Of a stretch of 64,000 bases of DNA, positions 1-18,700 are shown piece after piece; position 1 is the stretch's first letter, and each line of letters begins with the position of its first letter. A program made the position numbers and the translations under genes. The notes beneath the pieces were generated by a model. The model saw only the letters and a list, made by a program, of their open reading frames with translations. It made no database searches and was not told where the DNA came from. The stretch is from Eledone cirrhosa (taxonomy: Eukaryota): positions 32,674,001-32,738,000 of the forward strand of contig OZ024747.1 in assembly GCA_964016885.1 (NCBI GenBank). The letters are read 5' to 3'.

Positions 1-1220
1 ACATTGCCAACATTATCATCATTAACAACATTACCAACATTATCATCATTACCAACATTACCAACATTATCATCATTACCAACATTACTAACATTATCAT
101 CATTAACAACATTACCAACACTATCATTATTACCAACATTATCTCATTACCATCATTATCATCATTACCAACATTATCATTATTACCATCATTATCATCA
201 TTACCAACATTATCAACATTATCATCATTAGCAACATTACCAATATTATTATCATTACCAACATTACCAACATTATAATCATTACCATCATTATCAACAT
301 TACCAACATTATCATCGTTACCATCATTATCATCATTACCAACATTATCAACATTACGACCATTACCAAGATTACCATCATTACCAACATTACCAACATT
401 ACCAACATTACCAACATTATCATCATTACCAAGATCATCATCATTACCATCATTACCAACATTATCATCATTACCATCATTACCAACATTACCAACATTA
501 CCAACATTACCAACATTACCAACATTACCATCATTATCATCATTACCATCATTATCACCATTATCAACATTATCATCATTACCAACATTACCAACATTAC
601 CATCATTACCAACATTACCAACATTATCATCATTACCAACATTATCATCATTACCATCATTACCAACATTATCATCATTACCATCATTACCAACATTACC
701 AACATTACCATCATTACCATCATTACCAACATTACTATCATTACCAACATTACCAACATTACCATCATTACCAACATTACAAACATTATCATCATTACCA
801 TCATTACCAACATTACCATCATTATCATCATTACCAACATTACTATCATTACCAACATTACCAACATTACCATCATTACCAACATTACAAACATTATCAT
901 CATTACCATCATTACTATCATTACCAACATTACCATCATTATCATCATTACCAACATTATCATTATTACCAATATTACCATCATTACCAATATTATCATC
1001 ATTACCATCAATATCATCATTACCAACATCACCATCATTACTAACATTACCAAGATTACCAACATTATCATCAATATCATCATTATCATCATTACCAACA
1101 TTATCATCATTACCAACATTATCATCATAACCAACATTATCATCATAACCAACATTATCATCATTACCAACATTACCATCATTATCATCATTACCAACAT
1201 TATCATCATTACCATCATTA

Positions 1221-4200
1221 CTACATTATCATCATTATCATCACTACCAACATTACCATAATGACCAACATTATCATCATTACCAACATTACCAACATTA
1301 CCAACATTATCATCATTACCAACATTATCATCATTATCAACATTACCAACATTATCATCATTACCAACATTACCATCATTATCATCATTACCAACATTAT
1401 CATCATTACCAACATTATCATCATTACCATCATTATCATCGTTACAATCATTACCATCATTACCATCATTACCAACATTACTATCATTACCAACATTACC
1501 AACATTATCATCATTACCAACATTATCATCATTATCAACATTACCAACATTATCATCATTACCATCATTACCAACATTACCAAAATTACCAACATTACCA
1601 ACATTACCAACATTATAATCATTACCAATATTACCATCATTACCAACATTATCATCATTAGCATCATTACCAACATTACCAATATTACCATCATTACCAA
1701 CATTACCAACATTACCATCATTACCATCATGAGCAACATTACCATCATTACCAACATTATCATCATCACCAACATTACCAACATTATTGTCATTATCAAT
1801 ATCAACATTATCATCATTACCAACATTACCATCATTACCAACATTATCATCATTATCATCATTACCAACATTATGATCATTACCAACATTACCATCATTA
1901 TCAATATCAACATTATCATCATTACCAACATTACCATCATTACCAACATTATCATCATTACCATCATTACCAACATTATCATCATTATCAACATTACCAT
2001 CATTATCAACATTATCATCATTACCAACATTACCAACATTACCATCATTACCATCATGATCAACATTACCATCATTACCAACATTATCATCATCACCAAC
2101 ATTACCAACATTATTGTCATTATTAACATGACCTACAGTATCATTATCAGCAACATTACCAACATTATCATCATTACTAACATTACCAACATTACCATCA
2201 TTACTATCATTACCAACATTACCAACATTACGATCATTACCAACATTACCAACATTATCATTATTACCATCATTAACAACATTATCATTATTACCATCAT
2301 TATCATCATTACCAACATCATCATCATGACCAACATTACCAACATTATCATCGTTACCATCATTACCATCATTATCATCATTACCAACATTATCATCATT
2401 ACTAACATTGCCAACATTATCATCATTAACAACATTACCAACATTATCATCATTACCAACATTACCAACATTATCATCATTACCAACATTACTAACATTA
2501 TCATCATTACCAACATTACCAACACTATCATTATTACCAACATTATCTCATTACCATCATTATCATCATTACCAACATTATCATTATTACCATCATTATC
2601 ATCATTACCAAAATTATCATCATTACCATCATTATCATCATTACCAACATTATCAACATTATCATCATTAGCAACATTACCAATATTATTATCATTACCA
2701 ACATTACCAACATTATAATCATTACCATCATTATCAATATTACCAACATTATCATCGTTACCATCATTATCATCATTACCAACATTATCAACATTACCAC
2801 CATTACCAAGATTACCATCATTACCAACATTACCAACATTAACATCATTACCAAGATCATCATCATTACCATCATTACCAACATTATCATCATTACCATC
2901 ATTACCAACATTACCAACATTACCAACATTACCAACATTACCAACATTACCATCATTATCATCATTACCATCATTATCACCATTATCAACATTATCATCA
3001 TTACCAACATTACCAACATTACCATCAATAGCAACATTACCAACATTATCATCATTACCAACATTATCATCATTACCATCATTACCAACATTATCATCAT
3101 TACCATCATTACCAACATTACTAACATTACCATCATTACCATCATTACCAACATTACTATCATTACCAACATTACCAACATTACCATCATTACCAACATT
3201 ACAAACATTATCATCATTACCATCATTACCAAACTTACCATCATTATCATCATTACCAACATTATCATTATTACCAACATTACCATCATTACCATCAATA
3301 TCATCATTACCAACATCACCATCATTACTAACATTACCAAGATTACCAACATTATCATCAATATCATCATTATCATCATTACCAACATTATCATCATAAC
3401 CAACATTATCCTCATTACCAACATTATCATCATTACCAACATTACCATCATTATCAATATCATCATTATCATCATTACCAACATTATCATCATAACCAAC
3501 ATTATCATTATAACCAACATTATCATCATTACCAACATTACCATCATTATCATCATTACCAACATTATCATCATTACCAACATTATCATCATTACCATCA
3601 TTATCATCGTTACAATCATTACCATCCTTATCATCATTAGCAACATTATCATCATTACAATCATTACTACATTATCACCATTATCATCACTACCAACATT
3701 ACCATCATGACCAACATCATCATCATTAACATCATTATCATAATTATCATCATTACCTACATTATCATCATTACCATAATTACTATCATTACCAACATTA
3801 TCATCATTATCATCATTACCAACATTATCATCATAACCAACATTATCATAATTACCAACGTCGTCATCATTACCATCATTACCATCATTACCAACATTAC
3901 CAACATTACCAACATTACCAACAATATCATCATTACCAACATTATCATCATTACCATCATTACCAACATTATCATCATTACCATCATTACCAACATTACC
4001 AACATTACCATCATTACCATCATTACCAACATTACTATCATTACCAACATTACCAACATTACCATCATTACCAACATTACAAACATTATCATCATTACCA
4101 TCATTACCATCATTACCAACATTACCATCATTATCATCATTACCAACATTATCATTATTACCAATATTACCATCATTACCAACATTATCATCATTACCAT

Positions 4201-7200
4201 CAATATCATCATTACCAACATCACCATCATTACTAACATTACCAAGATTACCAACATTATCATCAATATCATCATTATCATCATTACCAACATTATCATC
4301 ATTACCAACATTATCATCATAACCAACATTATCATCATAACCAACATTATCATCATTACCAACATTACCATCATTATCATCATTACCAACATTATCATCA
4401 TTTCCAACATTATCATCATTACCATCATTATCATCGTTACAATCATTACCATCCTTATCATCATTAGCAACATTATCATCATTACCATCATTACTACATT
4501 ATCATCATTATCATCACTACCAACATTACCATCATGACCAACATTATCATCATTAACATCATTATCATAATTATCATCGTTACCAACATTATCATCATTA
4601 CCATAATTACTATCATTACCAACATTATCATCATTAAAATCATTACCAACATTATCATCATAACCAACATTATCATAATTGACAACGTTGTCATCATTAC
4701 CAACATTACCATCATTATCACATTATCATCATTACCAACATTACCATCATTACCATCATTACCATCATTACCATCATTACCATCATTACCAACATTTTCA
4801 CCATTACCAACATTATCATCATTACAGTCATTATCATCATTACCAACATTATCATCATAACCAACATTACCATCATTACCAACATTATCATCATTACTAA
4901 CATTACCAACATTACCATCATTACCATCATTACCAACATTACCAACATTACGATCATTACCAACATTACCAACATTACCATCATTATCATCATGACAAAA
5001 ATTACCAACATTATCATCGTTACCATCATTGCCATCATTATCATCATTACCAACATTATCATCATTACAAACATTGCCAAAATTATCATCGTTAACAACA
5101 TTACCAACATTATCAACATTACCAACATTACCAATATTATTATCATTACCAACATTACCAACATTATGATCATTACCATCATTATCAACATTACCAACAT
5201 TATCATCGTTACCATCATTATCATCATTACCAACATTATCAACATTACCACCATTACCAACATTATCATCATTACCTACATTATCATCATTACCATCATT
5301 ACCAACATTACCAAAATTACCAACATTACCATCATTACCAACATTACTATCAATACCATCATTCTCATCATTACCAACATTACCAACATTACCACCATTA
5401 CCAACATTATCATCATTACCTACATTATCATCATTACCAACATTACCATCATTACCAACATTACCAACATGATCATCATTACCAACACTATCATTATTAC
5501 CAATATTACAATCATTACCAACATTATCATCATTACCATCAATATCATGATTACCAACATCACCATCATTACCAACATTACCAACATTACAAACATTACC
5601 AACATTATCATCATTACCAATATTACCATCATTATCATCAATACTATCATTAGCAACATTACCAACATTATCATTATTAACAAAATTAGCATCATTACCA
5701 ACATTATCATCATTATAATATTACCATCATTACCATCATTACTACATTATCATCATTATCATCACCAACATTATCATTACCAACATTATCATTATTACCA
5801 ACACTATTAACATTATCATCATTACCATCATATCATCATTACCAACATTACCACATTATCAACATTAACAAGATTACCATCATTACCAACATTACCATCA
5901 TTACCAATATTACCATCATTATCATCATTATCATCATTACCAACATTATCATCATTACCAAAATTATCATCATTACCATCATTACCATCATTACCATCAT
6001 TACCATCATTACCAACATTAACATTATCAACATTAACAAAATTATCATCATTACCATCATTACCAACATTACCAACATTATCATTATTACCAAAATTACC
6101 ATCTTTACCAACATTATCATCATTACCATCATTACCATCATTACCAACATTAACATTATCAACATTAACAACATTATCATCATTACCATCATTACCATCA
6201 TTATCATCATTTCCATCATTACCAACATTAACATTATCAACATTAACAACATTATCATCATTACCATCATTACCAACATTACCAACATTATCATCATCAG
6301 CAACATTATCATCATTACCAACATTACCAACATTATCATCATTAACAATATTACCATCATTACCAACATTACCAACATTACCAACATTATCATCATTACC
6401 AATATTTCCATCATTACCAACATTACCAACATTACCAACATTATCATCATTACCAACATTATCTTCATTACCAACATTACCATCATTACCATCATTACCA
6501 ACATTACCATCATTACCAACATTACCAACATTATCATCATTACCCTCATTACCATCATTACCAACATTACCAACAATATCACCATTACCAACATTACCAA
6601 CATTATCATCATTACCAACATTACCATCATTACCATCATTATCAACATTACCAACATTATCATCATTACAAACATTATCATCATTACCAACATTACCATC
6701 ATTACCATCATTACCAACATTACCAACATTACCAACATTATCATCATTACCAACATTACCAACATTACAAACATTATCATGATTACCATCATTACCATCA
6801 TTACCAACATTACCATCATTATCATCATTACCAACATTATCATTATTACCAATATTACCATCATTACCAACATTATCATCATTACCATCAATATCATCAT
6901 TACCAACATGACCATCATTACTAACATTACCAAGATTACCAACATTATCATCAATATCATCATTATCATCATTACCAACAATATCATCATAACCAACATT
7001 ATCATCATTACCAACATTACCATCATTATCATCATTACCAACATTATCATCATTACCATCATTACTACATTATCATCATTATCATCACTACCAACATTAC
7101 CATAATGACCAACATTATCATCATTACCAACATTACCAACATTACCAACATTATCATCATTACCAACATTATCATCATTATCAACATTACCAACATTATC

Positions 7201-10200
7201 ATCATTACCAACATTACCATCATTATCATCATTACCAACATTATCATCATTACCAACATTATCATCATTACCATCATTATCATCGTTACAATCATTACCA
7301 TCATTACCATCATTACCAACATTACTATCATTACCAACATTACCAACATTATCATCATTACCAACATTATCATCATTATCAACATTACCAACATTATCAT
7401 CATTACCATCATTACCAACATTACCAAAATTACCAACATTACCAACATTACCAACATTATAATCATTACCAATATTACCATCATTACCAACATTATCATC
7501 ATTAGCATCATTACCAACATTACCAATATTACCATCATTACCAACATTACCAACATTACCATCATTACCATCATGAGCAACATTACCATCATTACCAACA
7601 TTATCATCATCACCAACATTACCAACATTATTGTCATTATCAATATCAACATTATCATCATTACCAACATTACCATCATTACCAACATTATCATCATTAT
7701 CATCATTACCAACATTATGATCATTACCAACATTACCATCATTATCAATATCAACATTATCATCATTACCAACATTACCATCATTACCAACATTATCATC
7801 ATTACCATCATTACCAACATTATCATCATTACCAACATTACCATCATTATCAATATCAACATTACCAACATTACCAACATTACCATCATTACCATCATGA
7901 TCAACATTACCATCATTACCAACATTATCATCATCACCAACATTACCAACATTATTGTCATTATTAACATGACCTACAGTATCATTATCAGCAACATTAC
8001 CAACATTATCATCATTACTAACATTACCAACATTACCATCATTACTATCATTACCAACATTACCAACATTACGATCATTACCAACATTACCAACATTATC
8101 ATTATTACCATCATTAACAACATTATCATTATTACCATCATTATCATCATTACCAACATCATCATCATGACCAACATTACCAACATTATCATCGTTACCA
8201 TCATTACCATCATTATCATCATTACCAACATTATCATCATTACTAACATTGCCAACATTATCATCATTAACAACATTACCAACATTATCATCATTACCAA
8301 CATTACCAACATTATCATCATTACCAACATTACTAACATTATCATCATTACCAACATTACCAACACTATCATTATTACCAACATTATCTCATTACCATCA
8401 TTATCATCATTACCAACATTATCATTATTACCATCATTATCATCATTACCAAAATTATCATCATTACCATCATTATCATCATTACCAACATTATCAACAT
8501 TATCATCATTAGCAACATTACCAATATTATTATCATTACCAACATTACCAACATTATAATCATTACCATCATTATCAACATTACCAACATTATCATCGTT
8601 ATCATCATTACCAACATTATCAACATTACCACCATTACCAAGATTACCATCATTACCAACATTACCAACATTAACATCATTACCAAGATCATCATCATTA
8701 CCATCATTACCAACATTATCATCATTACCATCATTACCAACATTACCAACATTACCAACATTACCAACATTACCAACATTACCATCATTATCATCATTAC
8801 CATCATTATCACCATTATCAACATTATCATCATTACCAACATTACCAACATTACCATCAATAGCAACATTACCAACATTATCATCATTACCAACATTATC
8901 ATCATTACCATCATTACCAACATTATCATCATTACCATCATTACCAACATTACTAACACTACCATCATTACCATCATTACCAACATTACTATCATTACCA
9001 ACATTACCAACATTACCATCATTACCAACATTACAAACATTATCATCATTACCATCATTACCAAACTTACCATCATTATCATCATTACCAACATTATCAT
9101 TATTACCAACATTACCATCATTACCATCAATATCATCATTACCAACATCACCATCATTACTAACATTACCAAGATTACCAACATTATCATCAATATCATC
9201 ATTATCATCATTACCAACATTATCATCATAACCAACATTATCCTCATTACCAACATTATCATCATTACCAACATTACCATCATTATCAATATCATCATTA
9301 TCATCATTACCAACATTATCATCATAACCAACATTATCATTATAACCAACATTATCATCATTACCAACATTACCATCATTATCATCATTACCAACATTAT
9401 CATCATTACCAACATTATCATCATTACCATCATTATCATCGTTACAATCATTACCATCCTTATCATCATTAGCAACATTATCATCATTACAATCATTACT
9501 ACATTATCACCATTATCATCACTACCAACATTACCATCATGACCAACATCATCATCATTAACATCATTATCATAATTATCATCATTACCTACATTATCAT
9601 CATTACCATAATTACTATCATTACCAACATTATCATCATTATCATCATTACCAACATTATCATCATAACCAACATTATCATAATTACCAACGTCGTCATC
9701 ATTACCATCATTACCATCATTACCAACATTACCAACATTACCAACATTACCAACAATATCATCATTACCAACATTATCATCATTACCATCATTACCAACA
9801 TTATCATCATTACCATCATTACCAACATTACCAACATTACCATCATTACCATCATTACCAACATTACTATCATTACCAACATTACCAACATTACCATCAT
9901 TACCAACATTACAAACATTATCATCATTACCATCATTACCATCATTACCAACATTACCATCATTATCATCATTACCAACATTATCATTATTACCAATATT
10001 ACCATCATTACCAACATTATCATCATTACCATCAATATCATCATTACCAACATCACCATCATTACTAACATTACCAAGATTACCAACATTATCATCAATA
10101 TCATCATTATCATCATTACCAACATTATCATCATTACCAACATTATCATCATAACCAACATTATCATCATAACCAACATTATCATCATTACCAACATTAC

Positions 10201-12700
10201 CATCATTATCATCATTACCAACATTATCATCATTTCCAACATTATCATCATTACCATCATTATCATCGTTACAATCATTACCATCCTTATCATCATTAGC
10301 AACATTATCATCATTACCATCATTACTACATTATCATCATTATCATCACTACCAACATTACCATCATGACCAACATTATCATCATTAACATCATTATCAT
10401 AATTATCATCGTTACCAACATTATCATCATTACCATAATTACTATCATTACCAACATTATCATCATTAAAATCATTACCAACATTATCATCATAACCAAC
10501 ATTATCATAATTGACAACGTTGTCATCATTACCAACATTACCATCATTATCACATTATCATCATTACCAACATTACCATCATTACCATCATTACCATCAT
10601 TACCATCATTACCATCATTACCAACATTTTCACCATTACCAACATTATCATCATTACAGTCATTATCATCATTACCAACATTATCATCATAACCAACATT
10701 ACCATCATTACCAACATTATCATCATTACTAACATTACCAACATTACCATCATTACCATCATTACCAACATTACCAACATTACGATCATTACCAACATTA
10801 CCAACATTACCATCATTATCATCATGACAAAAATTACCAACATTATCATCGTTACCATCATTGCCATCATTATCATCATTACCAACATTATCATCATTAC
10901 AAACATTGCCAAAATTATCATCGTTAACAACATTACCAACATTATCAACATTACCAACATTACCAATATTATTATCATTACCAACATTACCAACATTATG
11001 ATCATTACCATCATTATCAACATTACCAACATTATCATCGTTACCATCATTATCATCATTACCAACATTATCAACATTACCACCATTACCAACATTATCA
11101 TCATTACCTACATTATCATCATTACCATCATTACCAACATTACCAAAATTACCAACATTACCATCATTACCAACATTACTATCAATACCATCATTCTCAT
11201 CATTACCAACATTACCAACATTACCACCATTACCAACATTATCATCATTACCTACATTATCATCATTACCAACATTACCATCATTACCAACATTACCAAC
11301 ATGATCATCATTACCAACACTATCATTATTACCAATATTACAATCATTACCAACATTATCATCATTACCATCAATATCATGATTACCAACATCACCATCA
11401 TTACCAACATTACCAACATTACAAACATTACCAACATTATCATCATTACCAATATTACCATCATTATCATCAATACTATCATTAGCAACATTACCAACAT
11501 TATCATTATTAACAAAATTAGCATCATTACCAACATTATCATCATTATAATATTACCATCATTACCATCATTACTACATTATCATCATTATCATCACCAA
11601 CATTATCATTACCAACATTATCATTATTACCAACACTATTAACATTATCATCATTACCATCATATCATCATTACCAACATTACCACATTATCAACATTAA
11701 CAAGATTACCATCATTACCAACATTACCATCATTACCAACATTAACAAAATTATCATCATTACCATCATTACCAACATTACCAACATTATCATTATTACC
11801 AAAATTACCATCTTTACCAACATTATCATCATTACCATCATTACCATCATTACCAACATTAACATTATCAACATTAACAACATTATCATCATTACCATCA
11901 TTACCATCATTATCATCATTTCCATCATTACCAACATTAACATTATCAACATTAACAACATTATCATCATTACCATCATTACCAACATTACCAACATTAT
12001 CATCATCAGCAACATTATCATCATTACCAACATTACCAACATTATCATCATTAACAATATTACCATCATTACCAACATTACCAACATTACCAACATTATC
12101 ATCATTACCAATATTTCCATCATTACCAACATTACCAACATTACCAACATTATCATCATTACCAACATTATCTTCATTACCAACATTACCATCATTACCA
12201 TCATTACCAACATTACCATCATTACCAACATTACCAACATTATCATCATTACCCTCATTACCATCATTACCAACATTACCAACAATATCACCATTACCAA
12301 CATTACCAACATTATCATCATTACCAACATTACCATCATTACCATCATTATCAACATTACCAACATTATCATCATTACAAACATTATCATCATTACCAAC
12401 ATTACCATCATTACCATCATTACCAACATTACCAACATTACCAACATTATCATCATTACCAACATTACCAACATTACAAACATTATCATGATTACCATCA
12501 TTACCATCATTACCAACATTACCATCATTATCATCATTACCAACATTATCATTATTACCAATATTACCATCATTACCAACATTATCATCATTACCATCAA
12601 TATCATCATTACCAACATGACCATCATTACTAACATTACCAAGATTACCAACTTTATCATCAATATCATCATTATCATCATTACCAACAATATCATCATA
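1221..12700. repeat. Higher-order tandem duplication, period ~5.83 kb
   Basis: Near-identical ORF-track pairs: 1261/7105 (5844), 2408/8249 (5841), 3707/9539, 4992/10824 and 5848/11680 (5832). Boundaries approximate. Confidence 0.9.
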
Positions 12701-15700
12701 ACCAACATTATCATCATTACCAATATTACCATCATTATCATCATTATCATCATTACCAACATTATCATTATTACCAATATTATCATCATTACCAACATTA
12801 TCATCATTACCATCATTATCATCGTTACAATCATTACCATCATTATCATCATTACCAACATTACCAACATTATCATCATTACCATCATTACCAACATTAT
12901 CATTATTACCAAAATTTCCATCATTACCAACATTATCATCATTACCATCATTACCAACATTACCAACATTACCAACATTACCAACATTATCATCATTACC
13001 AACATTATCATCATTACCATCATTACCATCATTACCAACATTACCATCATTACCAATATTACCAACATTACCAATATTACCATCATTACCAACATTACCA
13101 GCAATAACATCATTACCAACATTATCATCATTACCATCATTACCAACATTACCATCATTACCATCATTACCAACATTACCAACATTACCATCATTACCAT
13201 CATTACCAACATTACTATCATTACCAACATTACCAACATTATCATCATTATCAACATTACCAACATTATCATCATTACCAATATTACCATCATTACCAAC
13301 ATTACCAGCAATATCATCATTACCAACATTATCATCATTACCATCAATATCATCATTACCAACATCACCATCATTACTAACATTACCAAGATTACCAACA
13401 TTATCATCAATATCATCATTATCATCATTACCAACATTATCATCATTACCAACATTATCATCATAACCAACATTATCATCATAACCAACATTATCATCAT
13501 TACCAACATTACCATCATTATCATCATTACCAACATTATCATCATTACCAACATTATCATCATTACCATCATTATCATCGTTACAATCATTACCATCCTT
13601 ATCATCATTAGCAACATTATCATCATTACCATCATTACTACATTATCATCATTATCATCACTACCAACATTACCATCATGACCAACATTATCATCATTAC
13701 CAACATTACCAACATTACCAACATTATCATCATTACCAACATTATCATCATTATCAACATTACCAACATTATCATCATTACCAACATTACCATCATTATC
13801 ATCATTACCAACATTATCATCATTACCAACATTATCATCATTACCATCATTATCATCGTTACAATCATTACCATCATTACCATCATTACCAACATTACTA
13901 TCATTACCAACATTACCAACATTATCATCATTACCAACATTATCATCATTATCAACATTACCAACATTATCATCATTACCAATATTACCATCATTACCAA
14001 CATTACCAAAATTACCAACATTACCAACATTGCCAACATTATCATCATTACCAATATTACCATCATTACCAACATTATCATCATTAGCATCATTACCAAC
14101 ATTACCAATATTACCATCATTACCAACATTACCAACATTACCAACATTACCAACAATATCATCATTACCAACATTATCATCATTACCATCATTACCAACA
14201 TTATCATCATTACCATCATTACCAACATTACCAACATTACCATCATTACCATCATTACCAACATTACTATCATTATCAACATTACCAACATTACCATCAT
14301 TACCAACATTACAAACATTATCATCATTACCATCATTACCAACATTACCATCATTATCATCATTACCAACATTATCATTATTACCAATATTACCATCATT
14401 ACCAACATTATCATCATTACCAAGATTACCAACATTATCATCAATATCATCATTATCATCATTACCAACATTATCATCATTACCAACATTACCATCATTA
14501 TCAATATCAACATTATCATCATTACCAACACTACCATCATTACCAACATTATCATCATTACCATCATTACCATCATTACCATCATGATCAACATTACCAT
14601 CATTACCAACATTATCATCATCACCAACATTACCAACATTATTGTCATTATTAACATGACTTACAGTATCATTATCACCAATATTACCAACATTATCATC
14701 ATTACTAACATTACCAACATTACCATCATTACTATCATTACCAACATTACCAACATTACGATCATTACCAACATTACCAACATTATCATTATTACCATCA
14801 TTAACAACATTATCATTATTACCATCATTATCATCATTACCAACATCATCATCATGACCAACATTACCAACATTATCATCGTTACCATCATTACCATCAT
14901 TATCATCATTACCAACATTATCATCATTACTAACATTGCCAACATTATCATCATTAACAACATTACCAACATTATCATCATTACCAACATTACCAACATT
15001 ATCATCATTACCAACATTACTAACATTATCATCATTACCAACATTACCAACACTATCATTATTACCAACATTATCTCATTACCATCATTATCATCATTAC
15101 CAACATTATCATTATTACCATCATTATCATCATTACCAACATTATCAACATTATCATCATTAGCAACATTACCAATATTATTATCATTACCAACATTACC
15201 AACATTATAATCATTACCATCATTATCAACATTACCAACATTATCATCGTTACCATCATTATCATCATTACCAACATTATCAACATTACGACCATTACCA
15301 AGATTACCATCATTACCAACATTACCAACATTACCAACATTACCAACATTATCATCATTACCAAGATCATCATCATTACCATCATTACCAACATTATCAT
15401 CATTACCATCATTACCAACATTACCAACATTACCAACATTACCAACATTACCAACATTACCATCATTATCATCATTACCATCATTATCACCATTATCAAC
15501 ATTATCATCATTACCAACATTACCAACATTACCATCATTACCAACATTACCAACATTATCATCATTACCAACATTATCATCATTACCATCATTACCAACA
15601 TTATCATCATTACCATCATTACCAACATTACCAACATTACCATCATTACCATCATTACCAACATTACTATCATTACCAACATTACCAACATTACCATCAT

Positions 15701-18700
15701 TACCAACATTACAAACATTATCATCATTACCATCATTACCAACATTACCATCATTCTCATCATTACCAACATTACTATCATTACCACCATTACCAACATT
15801 ACCATCATTACCAACATTACAAACATTATCATCATTACCATCATTACCATCATTACCAACATTACCATCATTATCATCATTACCAACATTATCATTATTA
15901 CCAATATTACCATCATTACCAACATTATCATCATTACCATCAATATCATCATTACCAACATCACCATCATTACTAACATTACCAAGATTACCAACATTAT
16001 CATCAATATCATCATTATCATCATTACCAACATTATCATCATTACCAACATTATCATCATAACCAACATTATCATCATAACCAACATTATCATCATTACC
16101 AACATTACCATCATTATCATCATTACCAACATTATCATCATTACCATCATTACTACATTATCATCATTATCATCACTACCAACATTACCATCATGACCAA
16201 CATTATCATCATTACCAACATTACCAACATTACCAACATTATCATCATTACCAACATTATCATCATTATCAACATTACCAACATTATCATCATTACCAAC
16301 ATTACCATCATTATCATCATTACCAACATTATCATCATTACCAACATTATCATCATTACCATCATTATCATCGTTACAATCATTTCCATCATTACCATCA
16401 TTACCAACATTACTATCATTACCAACATTACCAACATTATCATCATTACCAACATTATCATCATTATCAACATTACCAACATTATCATCATTACCAATAT
16501 TACCATCATTACCAACATTACCAAAATTACCAACATTACCAACATTACCAACATTATCATCATTACCAATATTACCATCATTACCAACATTATCATCATT
16601 AGCATCATTACCAACATTACCAATATTACCATCATTACCAACATTACCAACATTACCATCATTACCATCATGATCAACATTACCATCATTACCAACATTA
16701 TCATCATCACCAACATTACCAACATTATTGTCATTATCAATATCAACATTATCATCATTACCAACATTACCATCATTACCAACATTATCATCATTATCAT
16801 CATTACCAACATTATCATCATTACCAACATTACCATCATTATCAATATCAACATTATCATCATTACCAACATTACCATCATTACCAACATTATCATCATT
16901 ACCATCATTACCAACATTATCATCATTATCAACATTACCATCATTATCAACATTATCATCATTACCAACATTACCAACATTACCATCATTACCATCATGA
17001 TCAACATTACCATCATTACCAACATTATCATCATCACCAACATTGCCAACATTATTGTCATTATTAACATGACCTACAGTATCATTATCACCAACATTAC
17101 CAACATTATCATCATTACTAACATTACCAACATTACCATCATTACTATCATTACCAACATTACCAACATTACGATCATTACCAACATTACCAACATTATC
17201 ATTATTACCATCATTAACATCATTATCATCATTACCAACATCATCATCATGACCAACATTACCAACATTATCATCGTTACCATCATTACCATCATTATCA
17301 TCATTACCAACATTATCATCATTACTAACATTGCCAACATTATCATCATTAACAACATTACCAACATAATCATCATTACCAACATTACCAACATTATCAT
17401 CATTACCAACATTACTAACATTATCATCATTACCAACATTACCAACACTATCATTATTACCAACATTATCTCATTACCATCATTATCATCATTACCAACA
17501 TTATCATTATTACCATCATTATAATCATTACCAAAATTATCATCATTACCATCATTATCATCATTACCAACATTATCAACATTATCATCATTAGCAACAT
17601 TACCAATATTATTATCATTACCAACATTACCAACATTATAATCATTACCATCATTATCAACATTACCAACATTATCATCGTTACCATCATTATCATCATT
17701 ACCAACATTATCAACATTACCACCATTACCAAGATTACCATCATTACCAACATTACGAACTTACCAACATTACCAACATTACCAACATTACCATCATTAT
17801 CATCATTACCATCATTATCACCATTATCAACATTATCATCATTACCAACATTACCAACATTACCATCAATACCAACATTACCAACATTATCATCATTACC
17901 AACATTATCATCATTACCATCATTACCAACATTATCATCATTACCATCATTACCAACATTACCAACATTACCATCATTACCATCATTACCAACATTACTA
18001 TCATTACCAACATTACCAACATTACCATCATTACCAACATTACAAACATTATCATCATTACCATCATTACCAAACTTACCATCATTATCATCATTACCAA
18101 CATTATCATTATTACCAACATTACCATCATTACCAACATTATCATCATTACCATCAATATCATCATTACCAACATCACCATCATTACTAACATTACCAAT
18201 ATTACCAACATTATCATCAATATCATCATTATCATCATTACCAACATTATCATCATAACCAACATTATCATCATTACCAACATTATCATCATTACCAACA
18301 TTACCATCATTATCAATATCATCATTATCATCATTACCAACATTATCATCATAACCAACATTATCATTATAACCAACATTATCATCATTACCAACATTAC
18401 CATCATTATCATCATTACCAACATTATCATCATTACCAACATTATCATCATTACCATCATTATCATCGTTACAATCATTACCATCCTTATCATCATTAGC
18501 AACATTATCATCATTACAATCATTACTACATTATCACCATTATCATCACTACCAACATTACCATCATGACCAACATTATCATCATTAACATCATTATCAT
18601 AATTATCATCATTACCTACATTATCATCATTACCATAATTACTATCACTACCAACATTATCATCATTATCATCATTACCAACATTACCAACATTATCATC